A stretch of DNA of 63,126 nt, the filler included. It is 10 parts of 10 records of this genome, joined end to end, with 100 filler letters (N's around TTAATTAATTAA, not from the genome) between each part and the next. Parts side by side here need not be neighbours in the genome. Positions count along the whole stretch, not along the records: positions 23,415 to 29,213 come from SRR31147125_140411; positions 29,314 to 34,456 come from SRR31147125_140528; 8 more parts are not named here. One strand, 5' to 3'. A program made the translations under genes and the position numbers. Below the pieces are notes generated by a model. The model did no database searches. It worked only from the letters and a program-made list of their open reading frames with translations, and was not told where the DNA came from. Within the stretch, counting starts at the first letter, position 1. Every line of letters starts with the position of its first letter. Below, in pieces: positions 23,537 to 32,952 of the stretch.

Positions 23537-23579
23537 GTCCTATCAACGAGCGATGTTATATAGTACAGGGTTGTAGGAC
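23537..23579. other. Putative res/recombination site upstream of the serine recombinase
   Basis: Inverted arms GTCCTATCAAC and GTTGTAGGAC centred on TTATATA, directly before the resolvase start. Confidence 0.35.
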
Positions 23580-23585
23580 GTATAG

Positions 23586-24188
23586 ATGCGCTGTACAGGG
23601 TATGTGAGAGTCTCAACCGAGCGACAGAGTAATGAGCATTGGAAAATCCTCTTGTCTGAATATGCTATGACACATGGGCTTCCTGAACCGGATTGGATAG
23701 AAGAAAACGTATCAGGAATCAAACCGTGGCGATCTCGGAGACTTTCTGAATTCATCAGCAACGCTGAGGTAGGTGATGTCTTACTTGTCGGAGAGGCATC
23801 TCGTATCGGTCGTGATGCTGCAGATGCATTAGACTTTGTCAAAGCAGCTAAGGCTGCAGGTATCATATTGCATATTCGGCCATTAGATCCTATCAAACCT
23901 AATAGTGGACCAGATTCGGCAACGATTATTCTTCCCGTCCTATTTGGTATTGCAGAATATGAGCGGCAAGTAATATCGGCTAGAACAAAGCTTGGATTAA
24001 AGAGAGCAAAGACTCAGGGAAAGGTGCTAGGTGGCTATCGTCGAGGTGGTAGAAAGCCCGGTGATGGTACTAGATCGGATAAGGCTGAGATACTAAGAGC
24101 TATCAAGGCCGGAGCAAGTATTCATGGCACCGCTAAGCGTTACTCTGTCTCTCGCTCAACAATATACCGGTGGATTGGAGAAGCCTAA
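23586..24188 (+). CDS. Small serine recombinase (resolvase/invertase) with C-terminal HTH
   Basis: GYVRVST..Q catalytic Ser motif, SRIGR, AEYER..I..RTK.GL..AK..G, and VSRSTIYRW HTH. Confidence 0.92.
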   Translation: MRCTGYVRVSTERQSNEHWKILLSEYAMTHGLPEPDWIEENVSGIKPWRSRRLSEFISNAEVGDVLLVGEASRIGRDAADALDFVKAAKAAGIILHIRPLDPIKPNSGPDSATIILPVLFGIAEYERQVISARTKLGLKRAKTQGKVLGGYRRGGRKPGDGTRSDKAEILRAIKAGASIHGTAKRYSVSRSTIYRWIGEA

Positions 24189-24228
24189 CTAATGACATGC
24201 AATAGTGAATCAAGCTTGGTCAAAATCT

Positions 24229-24792
24229 ATGAAACTGAATGATCAGAATATCCGAAAGAGTTGGATTGCTCATCTTGAAAAGAGTTTTCCTAAACCGAGG
24301 AAGATACTCAATGAGTTGCATGTTGTTGGAGGTATGGCAATAGCCGATATCGTATCCCTTCATTCGGAATGCCATTGCTATGAAATAAAGGGTGCCACAG
24401 ACAGTATTAGTAGGTTGAAGCGTCAGGGGAAGTATTTTGATGAGTCTTTTCGTCGTAATACGTTAATCACAACAGAAAATCACATCACGAATGCAGCAAA
24501 GTACATCCCCAGTTACTGGGGAATCGTTCTAGCAAAAGTCAAAAACGGAAAAATCGTCTTTCGCTATGTGCGCAAAGCAAAAAGAAGCGAGAGATTCACT
24601 AGAGCTTCTGCCTTGAAGCTGTTATGGCGAGACGAGCTAATAGAGCTTGCAGAACAAAGTGGTACCATGATCAACAGCAAAATGAATAAGAAAGACCTTT
24701 CTGAGCTTATAGGACAAAACTACCAAACAAAGAAATTGTCAGAAGATATTGCAACTATTCTGCTTTTTAGAAATCGAATGTCTTCACCATAA
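24229..24792 (+). CDS. sce7726-family PD-(D/E)xK nuclease-like protein
   Basis: E.....IADIV, YEIKGATDSISRLKRQ..YF, and IPSYWGIV...LLWRDEL. Confidence 0.8.
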   Translation: MKLNDQNIRKSWIAHLEKSFPKPRKILNELHVVGGMAIADIVSLHSECHCYEIKGATDSISRLKRQGKYFDESFRRNTLITTENHITNAAKYIPSYWGIVLAKVKNGKIVFRYVRKAKRSERFTRASALKLLWRDELIELAEQSGTMINSKMNKKDLSELIGQNYQTKKLSEDIATILLFRNRMSSP

Positions 24793-25830
24793 ACTCTAGA
24801 TGTGCATTTATCGAGTTCCTGACCATCAGAGGTGGGGTCAAGCGTGGAGGTATTCCCTGTGCCTTTTCATAGAAGACACTATCACCCAGAGAATACCCAT
24901 GACCTCTAAAAATGCTTTCTTTACTAAGTCATTGCATAGCTGGTAACACTGGTCGTTTCCTTTTGATTGGATGCTGCCGCCTCTACTAATGTAGAACTTG
25001 CTACCAAAAGGATAGACAATTTTTGGAGCAGTGATTTTTGGATAGAGTCTAGGATCGATAGGGACAAATGAGAACTCAGGTGAGATCGTAGTATAGTCTC
25101 CAAAGAAGAGATTGTCGGAGGATACTCCTCTTTTTTTTATACCCTGCATGATCTCTAGTTCGATACGATCATAGACTATAGAAGTCTCAGTTGTGACGAT
25201 AGAACCTAATGAAGGTGGAAGAGATGAACCACTAACTACTATTCGACATGGTTTCACAGTTTTCTGGATCTCCGCCATGAATCGAATGATCTTGTCTGTT
25301 GTCTGTTCTGTATCTAACCCACGGCATTGCCTTAGATCGATAATACAATGCTTGTCATCGAAACCTTCAATTTGCCCCAATAGTATTCTCAGATCATCTT
25401 CAATCAGCCGAAAAGCTGTAAAATCATCCTTAGTAAACCGAATTGCGATCTCATTACTTCTTATTCGATTCCGCATTTTGTACGATTTTACTAGATCAAT
25501 CCTTCTGGTATCTCTATCAAGACCAACAACTGGGATAAACAGAAAATCCAACAGTTTGTCGAGTATGTATTTGTATGGTAGATTTCCTTGGATGCTTATA
25601 CTGTCATCAAAATTGAAATCATCAATGTAAAACACAGGCAATTGTCGCAAGTGTTTTCGACACTTGCTGTCGAAATTGTCGATGGTTGCTACGTATTTAT
25701 CTTCGCTAGGTTCTCCGATATGCGGGAAATCAAAGAACACAATCAGAGACTCCTTCGTTTCATTACAAAGGTCCTTTATTGCAAATACTTCACCCTGTTT
25801 CGTATATAGAAAAGGTATATATCGAATCAA
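24767..25830 (-). CDS. Beta-family protein (phage P4 beta-like); one-base frameshift near 24908
   Basis: N-terminal YIPFL..KQGE..A..L, FGDYTTISP, and APKIVYP...YISRG. Adding one T restores FFRGHGYSLGDSVFYEKA...SINAHLEFMV, the typical Beta C-terminus, with its stop at 24767. Confidence 0.8.
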
Positions 25831-26657
25831 AAGAAAAACTCACGAACATTGATGGAGTTTATGATAGAATTGAACCTACTATAGTTGCCGGTTTCCTTAC
25901 GTATCCGACCAGCTAGAATAGCTGGATGTACATTCAGTGGTTCGGCATGTTCGGCTAATATAGTATCATTCGCAATTTGATTGTGTCGTAGCGATCTCCA
26001 TACATGTCTTGGGATCAATGAATTAGCTGCTAATAGGTTCGCTTCCTCTTCTCGCTCATTATCTTCAGGGTCTTCGAAGTCGTCGATAATCGCCGATTCA
26101 GCTGTTTCTATATGAAGAAAGACATGCGATAGTTCGTGTAAGAGTGTGAACCAGAAATAGTCATATCGTGAGTATCGCAGGCTCAAGCCTATTACTGGTA
26201 TTGATTCGTCTAGTAAGAAAGTTACCCCATCAACTTTTGAACCAGGCATACTATTTTCTGTCACAAGCAGAATGCCTGCATCAAATAGGACTCTTTCGAT
26301 ACTGCTGAGATTAGAATCGTCGGTCGATAATGAAGCAATATATTCCAAGTAATCTCTGTCTATGCCCTTGTACGTTGGAATCTCATTGATAGTACGGGAG
26401 AACGAAGCGATATTCCTTACTTTACTCAGCCAATATTGGTTAAGTGCATCACTCGCACTATCGCTTCGACGAAAGAGTCTATGCTCATCATTGGATGAAA
26501 TCTGGTACAATGACGTGGATACGATATTCCTGTCATATTTCTTCGGAATGTAGTTCATCGCTTCAACTACATTCTCAAAGTTAGCAAGAACTTCCTCAAT
26601 TGAAATTTCTTCTTTATTAACGTAGAAATCTTCATATTCCGGAGTGTCCGAAGTCAT
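25827..26657 (-). CDS. ImmA/IrrE-family Zn metallopeptidase (HigA-peptidase type, no obvious N-terminal HTH)
   Basis: SKVDGVTF, PVIGLSLRY.RYD.FWFTLLHELSH (HExxH), and EEEAN..A...LIP. Confidence 0.9.
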   Translation of the reverse strand: MTSDTPEYEDFYVNKEEISIEEVLANFENVVEAMNYIPKKYDRNIVSTSLYQISSNDEHRLFRRSDSASDALNQYWLSKVRNIASFSRTINEIPTYKGIDRDYLEYIASLSTDDSNLSSIERVLFDAGILLVTENSMPGSKVDGVTFLLDESIPVIGLSLRYSRYDYFWFTLLHELSHVFLHIETAESAIIDDFEDPEDNEREEEANLLAANSLIPRHVWRSLRHNQIANDTILAEHAEPLNVHPAILAGRIRKETGNYSRFNSIINSINVREFFF

Positions 26658-27312
26658 AGTAGCTCCTTTGCAAATTCTTGCGATAACTTAGGATCCATTT
26701 CAAAAAAAATAGTTGAGATACGTCGTGTTTCGGAATGCTTGTCATACCGATTTTCTCATAGAATGATTTTGCTTGATTTAGAGCCAAGAGATTGAAACCA
26801 AAACCTAGACTGAATCTGGTCACAACATCTTGTTGAATAGCTTTCATCAGGATACTACCAAGCCCTTTGAACTTCTGATCACCTAGTGGGTTAATCCTAT
26901 TCCATGGAGCGACGGCAATATAATCAATATAGAATACACTATTTGGATGGATCTTGCTAGGCGAAGGCTGCTTAATCAAGCAGACTGCCTGAGGAGTCAT
27001 ATCTACCATCAGGTAGTACCAGAAAAACGGCGGTGATGATCTTTTTGTATGTTTATCAAGCCAATCCCAGTGTTTATCTCCTAGCTGTACCTTTGACAAT
27101 ATCGAACGTATATTCGGTTCGTCTTTCATATGATATACGTAATCTGCAACTTCATTGTGGTACCTGCCCCATAGCCGGTCACATTTCGCTGCTATAATCG
27201 GATCCCAGCCAAACAGAATACAATACTCATGACAGACTCCTGATGCGTCTTCGACAGATCCTTCTCTGATAATCGAATCAGGGTTGATCGTAATGGGTTC
27301 TCGCTCTAGCAT
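26654..27312 (-). CDS. GNAT acetyltransferase; one-base frameshift in the T8 run near 26705
   Basis: HWDW, YIDYIAVAPWNR, KFKGLGSILM (motif A) and AKSFYEKIGM. Adding one T gives LFFFEMDPKLSQEFAKELL* with the stop overlapping the ImmA ATG (ATGA). Confidence 0.85.
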
Positions 27313-27978
27313 ATTTCAGATTTCAGCTATGGAGTACATATGTAAACAAAAATCCTTGTTTATTGATAAATGCTAGGTGCATTGTTCTCAACCTAGTCTC
27401 ATTCTGCCTAATGATAGCGCATGATCGCTATTGAGTGTAGAAGAATCCATATCCACGAAAACCCTAGTAGTCTGGTTTTGACAAGAGAATTGCTACAAGA
27501 GAATGACGCCCTATGCATAGCCCTGTTGTCATACAGCGATCCTGAGTTCCCCAAGTGGAACGATCCAGTAGTAGTTCCTAATACTGGCAATTGGGATTCA
27601 AACGAACGATATCATGAACTGATTGAATAATACTTGTAGTTCGTGGGTATCTTCGACTTCAAATGTACCAAAACAGACTGCTGAGAGTATAACAACCACT
27701 GAGTGTACCCTCTTATAGTCGGAAGTCACAGAAAAAGCGATAGACTCACTATCCGATTGGATCAGTTTCCGAGGGGTAGGTCAGTGGTCAAATTGGGGTG
27801 TGAGGTCAATGTGACTCTCTTTGCCCTTTCGCCTGGAATCGCCTTTTTTTCCTATTGCGCTAAATAGTAAACAATGTAATCTTTATAAGCAGGTTGAGAT
27901 TACTCCATATTAAATTTCTTCGTCTATGAATCTGTTTCAATCGTAATTAGCGACTAGACACTCGAGGGGAGTAGTATT

Positions 27979-29076
27979 CTGGAAATTCTGAACACCACTG
28001 AGAAATTTTTTGTCGGTAGAAGGGTTGAGTTGGGTACCCTCAGAGATTATTTCTACAGCGGCAAGCGTTTGGTACAGGTTGTTGGCGATACAGGAATGGG
28101 TAAAACATCACTTGCTATCGCCTTCGCTAATAATTTCGGTAATATGTTTCCTGGTGGGATTTGCTACAATAATGTTTCGACCGGAATGGGGATTGATTGG
28201 ATACTTACCAACCACGTTCACCTTAAGAACAAAGATAATGTGCTTCAAATCATCGATGATGCGGGATTTCTTGCTGATGGGTCAGAGTTGACTATCCCCG
28301 CTGTCTTGAGAAATGTACCGAATCTCTATCTTCTATTAGTTACGGACGTAATCCTTCACTTTCCCGGTATCAGTCCACCAGTAATTTCGCTGACAGGGCT
28401 CAACCCTACAGAGTTCAATCAACTCCTGTCACGCTATGAGGCAATACCAAATGACAATGTAGCTTCTCGGCTTCATGAATGTGTTGATGGTAGTCCTCAA
28501 CTTGGTGAACTTGCATCGGAGTGTGCCAACGACAAGCTAGTTACTTTAGAAGAGTTCATCGATGCATATCAGGGTTTTCATTACTCGCCTATAGTGGGAC
28601 CAGACGGCGAGTCATCAGACCTAGATACGGCCGTTCTTAAGCCTATAGTTGTGTCAGTCACGAATATCAACGAAGAGCTCCTTCGACGGTTTCGTTCATC
28701 ACCGGAAATGATGAGGCACCTCGCTCCAAGGAAATTCGAGGAGTTGGTAGCTGAATTGCTTACGAAACAAGGCTATAGCATTGAGCTAACTCCTGCATCC
28801 AAAGACGGTGGTTTTGACATGTATGCAGCAAAACATGATGCTTTGGGTAAGTTTCTCTATTTGGTTGAATGTAAACGGTATAATCCACCAAACAAAGTGG
28901 GCGTTCATGTTATTCGGTCCTTGCATGGTGTTGTTCAACAAAGACAAGTTAATGCAGGCATTGTCATAACCACTTCTTTTTTCACCAAAGAAGCCACAGA
29001 GTTTTCAAAGACGATTCAACACCAATTACAGCTCCAAGACTATTTTGCACTCAAAAAGTTACTCGGGCTCATCTAG
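27979..29076 (+). CDS. P-loop (STAND-like) NTPase fused to a C-terminal Mrr-type restriction endonuclease
   Basis: FVGRRVEL, Walker A GDTGMGKT and Walker B LQIIDD. The nuclease part has PRKFEELVAELL...GY, DGGFD, VECKRY and TTSFFT. The frame is open back to a TAG at 27955, and a GAGGGGAG RBS precedes CTG at 27979. Confidence 0.85.
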   Translation: MEILNTTEKFFVGRRVELGTLRDYFYSGKRLVQVVGDTGMGKTSLAIAFANNFGNMFPGGICYNNVSTGMGIDWILTNHVHLKNKDNVLQIIDDAGFLADGSELTIPAVLRNVPNLYLLLVTDVILHFPGISPPVISLTGLNPTEFNQLLSRYEAIPNDNVASRLHECVDGSPQLGELASECANDKLVTLEEFIDAYQGFHYSPIVGPDGESSDLDTAVLKPIVVSVTNINEELLRRFRSSPEMMRHLAPRKFEELVAELLTKQGYSIELTPASKDGGFDMYAAKHDALGKFLYLVECKRYNPPNKVGVHVIRSLHGVVQQRQVNAGIVITTSFFTKEATEFSKTIQHQLQLQDYFALKKLLGLI

Positions 29077-29313
29077 ATATATAATCAAAACCATAAGAGC
29101 TACTACTTGATAGTAGGTATATTATGCAAAAGTCACACCAAAAGTGATAAAGTCAAATAAAACTCACATGGCTATTCGGGGTAACAGGTGATAATTTGTG
29201 ATAACTCTGGTGGNNNNNNNNNNNNNNNNNNNNNNNNNNNNNNNNNNNNNNNNNNNNTTAATTAATTAANNNNNNNNNNNNNNNNNNNNNNNNNNNNNNN
29301 NNNNNNNNNNNNN

Positions 29314-29489
29314 AGAGACGCGACCTTGAGACCCGGGCCGTAGGTTTCGCCAACAGCGTCCGATGATCCGAGAGAGACACGATCTGCGCTCTGGGACTTG
29401 GAAGGGTCTTCCTGCGGACGCTTCGCTTCGTCCTGCTGGACAGCCGGTTGCGGTTTCACGCTACGGGTCGGGTCGATATGTTCAGTCAT
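29314..29489 (-). CDS. Hypothetical flagellar-region protein (3' truncated)
   Basis: GGAGG RBS and a DRVSL motif typical of FliA-dependent small proteins. Confidence 0.5.
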
Positions 29490-29521
29490 TGTTTGCCTCC
29501 ATTGATAACTCTTTGGAAACT

Positions 29522-29549
29522 TTATCGACGTAAAATTGTTTTTTCTTTA
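29522..29549 (-). promoter_or_regulatory. Putative sigma28 (FliA) promoter
   Basis: TAAA-N16-GTCGATAA on the minus strand, just upstream of the gene at 29489 in a flagellar cluster. Confidence 0.55.
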
Positions 29550-29631
29550 GTGATTTTTTGTAACAGGTGTTGTTTTTAACGAATCATTGGAGAGAGCCTG
29601 AAATGGCTTAGAAAAGATCAAATCTGCCGGT

Positions 29632-29937
29632 TTATTTCTCTTTCATCAACTGCTGCATCATCAGTTCGGCCAGACCGATGCCACCCTGTTGAGCTGTGAT
29701 TTTCGCCGCTTCCAGATCCTGCATCTGATTGTAGATATCATCCGCGTTTCCACGCGGAATGAGGCCATCATCTGGAATGGTGTTGCGCATCTCTTTAAAC
29801 ATCTGCTGAATAAAGATCGCTTCGAACTGCTGAGCGGCTTCTTTCAGCTTTTCCGGGTCCTGCCCTTGTCGTGCTTTAGGTGTCTGGGCGTTGACCTGAC
29901 TGAGAATCTGCGCTGTATCGATTTTAGGATCCATCAT
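29632..29937 (-). CDS. flgJ: Flagellar rod-binding protein (short FlgJ type)
   Basis: LKEAAQQFEAIFIQQMFKEMR and GGIGLAELM; lies downstream of flgI. Confidence 0.85.
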   Translation of the reverse strand: MMDPKIDTAQILSQVNAQTPKARQGQDPEKLKEAAQQFEAIFIQQMFKEMRNTIPDDGLIPRGNADDIYNQMQDLEAAKITAQQGGIGLAELMMQQLMKEK

Positions 29938-29951
29938 AGAACCTTTTTATT

Positions 29952-30253
29952 GCCACTAAGGCACGAAGGACACAAAGAAAAACAAGATCAAAGCATGAAC
30001 CACGGAGAACACAGAAAACACGGAATCATAAAATCATTTTTCAGGTTTAAAACCTTAAAATTGTATTTAAGGTTTCCTTAGTGCTCTTTGTGCCTTGGTG
30101 GCTCACTGCTTTTAAAGAACTATTTCGTAACCACTAAAACCAGCATTCTAACGGAGAGGCGCCGAGTCTGAGAGAAAAAACCTTTAAGGTTCTCTTTGCA
30201 TCTCTCCGTCTCTGCGTTAAAAAGAATTTTGATCCTCTTGGTGCCTTAGTGGC
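29952..30253. repeat. Cluster of nested imperfect inverted repeats (REP-like)
   Basis: GCCACTAAGGCACGAAG (29952) pairs with CTTTGTGCCTTGGTGGC (ends 30102) and with GTGCCTTAGTGGC (ends 30253). An inner pair runs AACGGAGAGGCG...CGTCTCTGCGTT. Confidence 0.7.
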
Positions 30254-30261
30254 TAACCGCT

Positions 30262-31374
30262 TTAAAGAACGACCAAATCTGCGTATAAAGCTCCTGCTGC
30301 CTTAATCGACTGAAAGATCGCGATCAGGTCACGGGGGGTCGCGCCGATGGCATTCAAAGCCGAGGCCACATCACCAATACTCACGCCTTGCTCAAGGACA
30401 ACCAGTTCGCCATCTTCTTCAACAACGGTCATATCCGTCTCCGGGGTGACAACTGTTTCCCCTCCAGAAAAAGCCCTCGGCTGCGAGACGTTGCTGTCTT
30501 CCCTGATGACCAGGCTCAGGTTGCCGTGCGATACGGCCACTGTCGAGATTCTGACACCTTCGCCCATGACAACGGTGCCGGTCTTTTCGTTGACGACGAT
30601 GCGTGCCAGAGTATCGGGAACAACGTCAAGGCGTTCCAACTCCGAAACAAAGTCGACGACCCGATCCTGATATTCTTCCGGTATTGATACCTGCATCTGA
30701 CCGGCATCCAGACTCCGCGCATAGGTTCCACCAAAGCGCTGATTCACAGCATCTGTCATCCGCGACACGGTGGTAAAATCGGAATCCTTGAGTCGATAAT
30801 TCAACCCGCTCTGTTCTCCGAAGACAAAAGGAACTTCGCGTTCGACCAATGCGCCATCAGGAATCCGACCAGCCGTCGGATGATTTTTCTGAACCTCGGC
30901 CGCCTTGCCACCAAAGGCCAGAGAACCAACAACGAGAGAACCCTGAGCGACGGCGTAAACTTTCCCGTCAGCCGCTTTGAGCGGGGTCATCAGTAAGGTT
31001 CCGCCGGCGAGATTGTCCGCATCGCCAATCGACGACACCGCCACATCAATCGTACTACCCGCACGCGAGAAGGGCGGCAGTCCTGCCGTGACAATCACCG
31101 CAGCGACATTGTCGACCTTAACCTCGTCCTGATCAACGGTCACACCGAGACGCTCCATCATGCTCGCCAGCGACTGCATGGTAAACTGAGTGCCGGTGCT
31201 GTCGCCGGTTCCGTTCAAACCAACCACCAGCCCATAGCCCACCAGCTGGTTCGAGCGAACACCCTCAAGCTGAGCCAATTCCTTGATCCGTGACGCCTCC
31301 GCTGTTGACAAAAGGACAACGCTCCAGAGAAGCAAAAGTGCGACGATGATTTTATGAGTAGCGAGTTTTTTCAT
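30262..31374 (-). CDS. flgI: Flagellar P-ring protein
   Basis: RIKELA..EGVRSNQLVGYGLVVGLNGTGD and IVVNEKTGTVV. Confidence 0.97.
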   Translation of the reverse strand: MKKLATHKIIVALLLLWSVVLLSTAEASRIKELAQLEGVRSNQLVGYGLVVGLNGTGDSTGTQFTMQSLASMMERLGVTVDQDEVKVDNVAAVIVTAGLPPFSRAGSTIDVAVSSIGDADNLAGGTLLMTPLKAADGKVYAVAQGSLVVGSLAFGGKAAEVQKNHPTAGRIPDGALVEREVPFVFGEQSGLNYRLKDSDFTTVSRMTDAVNQRFGGTYARSLDAGQMQVSIPEEYQDRVVDFVSELERLDVVPDTLARIVVNEKTGTVVMGEGVRISTVAVSHGNLSLVIREDSNVSQPRAFSGGETVVTPETDMTVVEEDGELVVLEQGVSIGDVASALNAIGATPRDLIAIFQSIKAAGALYADLVVL

Positions 31375-31411
31375 AACGAGCTCCTGATTAGCTCAATTTC
31401 TCTATTATTTC

Positions 31412-31533
31412 AGGCTGATCAAAATGTCTTAGATGCGAGGCTTTCGATGTTTCGACACATAAGGCGCACTCACGAAGTGCGTCGTTGTGGAGAAACAAGA
31501 AAAACAAAGCAGATGAGGCATTTTCATCGGCCT
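31412..31533. mobile_element. About 120-bp MITE-like repeat between flgH and flgI
   Basis: Terminal inverted repeats AGGCTGATCAAAATGTCT and AGGCATTTTCATCGGCCT (15/18 match), an internal GATGCGAGGC...AAGCAGATG, and a central hairpin. Confidence 0.55.
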
Positions 31534-31537
31534 TTTC

Positions 31538-32230
31538 CTAGAATGGCCAGACCTGATCAAGTGTCCTTACCAGCCATCCCTGCTGCTGCTTATCACTGAT
31601 CACCCCTTCGCCCACATAGGCAATCCGGGCGTTGAGAATATGCTGAGAATTGATCGTGTTTGCGGGAGAGACATCCGCCTGCCGCACAATGCCACTGAGC
31701 GTCACAATCTGCATCTCGTTGTTGACAGTGACGGTCTTGTTCCCCTCGATCCGCAGGTTCCCGTTCGCCAGCACTTCAACGATTTGAGTTGTCAACGTTG
31801 CAACCAGATTCTCGCTCCGTTCCGTCTTGCCACCACCTGAAAAATCGTTGGTGGTTGTCGCATTGACCAGAGCCGTCGGGTCGATCGCGCTGTTTCCGAG
31901 CTGGCTGATATATTTTTCCAAGCCAAACACATTGGTAATTCCAGCGGACATGGAGCTTGTCCGATCAGTCTCAGTCGTCGCTTCCTTTGACGCGCTGGCG
32001 TTTTCCGAAATGATCACGGTGACAATATCACCCACGGTCCGCCCCTTCATATCAACGAACATCCCGCCACGGCTTTCGGTCCAGAGAGATCCGGGTGTCT
32101 GCGGTGGCGCTGGTGCCTCAACAATGGGAACAATCGGCTCCACGTGGTTGACATCGACCTGCGATGCTGGCCCTGCACAGGCGCACAGAACGGCACTCAG
32201 CAAAATAAGGAAAAGACTGTTTTTCAACAT
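31538..32230 (-). CDS. flgH: Flagellar L-ring lipoprotein
   Basis: Lipobox LCAC, GDIVTVII.E, VLANGNLRIEG, and terminal WPF. Confidence 0.96.
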   Translation of the reverse strand: MLKNSLFLILLSAVLCACAGPASQVDVNHVEPIVPIVEAPAPPQTPGSLWTESRGGMFVDMKGRTVGDIVTVIISENASASKEATTETDRTSSMSAGITNVFGLEKYISQLGNSAIDPTALVNATTTNDFSGGGKTERSENLVATLTTQIVEVLANGNLRIEGNKTVTVNNEMQIVTLSGIVRQADVSPANTINSQHILNARIAYVGEGVISDKQQQGWLVRTLDQVWPF

Positions 32231-32231
32231 A

Positions 32232-32942
32232 TCAGAACTCCACTTTGACCGTGCCGGGCGCGACAACCTGACACACGACTTCTTTTTGAGAATTGCTGTT
32301 TCGGACCCGGATTGATTCTCCTGAACGACCATCCTCACGCGCTTCGCCTGCAGCCGTAATGACTAACCCTCCGCGCCGGGCCTGAATGACAACTTTCTCG
32401 CCGCGCTTGATCACAGGAGGAAATTCAACCTGATGTTTCTGAAGGGGATCCCCCAGGCGAACCGAACGTTTGACACGCTTGCCAACAATCTCCTGTGGGT
32501 CAAAAATCGGATCTTTCAATCTGGAAACATCCTGCAGGCGCAGTTCAGTATCGACCGGGCCGAGCAACGAGCCACGGCGTTTCGAAGTTGTCGCGACGAC
32601 AACTTCGGCCAAAGCTTCGAGATCAACACGGATGGAACGATTGCTGACCGTCTGCCCATCCACCCGGGTGATCAATGTCAGCCGACGACTTCCAACCACT
32701 CCCGGTTTGGCCGACACAACATCGTGCACAATGCGGCCCTGAGGAACAGCATAAGGATCCGGATAAACAGCTGATTTCAGGTGTAACTCAACATGAGGCA
32801 ATTGCGAAGAACGCACTTCGAGAAAATCGGTCAAGACCTGCTCCATCTCCTGTCGATCAACAAGTGTTGTTGCCGCAGAGGCTCCAAAAACCGCACCAGG
32901 CAGCATCAGAAGCAGGAATAGACAGAACAGTTTCTTCATCAT
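32232..32942 (-). CDS. flgA: Flagellar P-ring assembly chaperone
   Basis: SAF-like region, IKRGEKV, and GEAREDG..GE.IRVRN..S. Confidence 0.92.
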   Translation of the reverse strand: MMKKLFCLFLLLMLPGAVFGASAATTLVDRQEMEQVLTDFLEVRSSQLPHVELHLKSAVYPDPYAVPQGRIVHDVVSAKPGVVGSRRLTLITRVDGQTVSNRSIRVDLEALAEVVVATTSKRRGSLLGPVDTELRLQDVSRLKDPIFDPQEIVGKRVKRSVRLGDPLQKHQVEFPPVIKRGEKVVIQARRGGLVITAAGEAREDGRSGESIRVRNSNSQKEVVCQVVAPGTVKVEF

Positions 32943-32952
32943 CTCAATCCCT

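Noticed and set aside
27313-27960. 69-aa ORF 27421-27630 and intergenic DNA as a fifth system component or retron-like ncRNA
   Set aside because: No recognisable motif, RBS or convincing structure, and no reverse transcriptase in the contig
29092-29135. CATAA...GGTATATTATGCAAAA after the Mrr gene as a dif/pdif or attC site
   Set aside because: Only one arm loosely resembles a XerD site; the spacing and second arm do not fit
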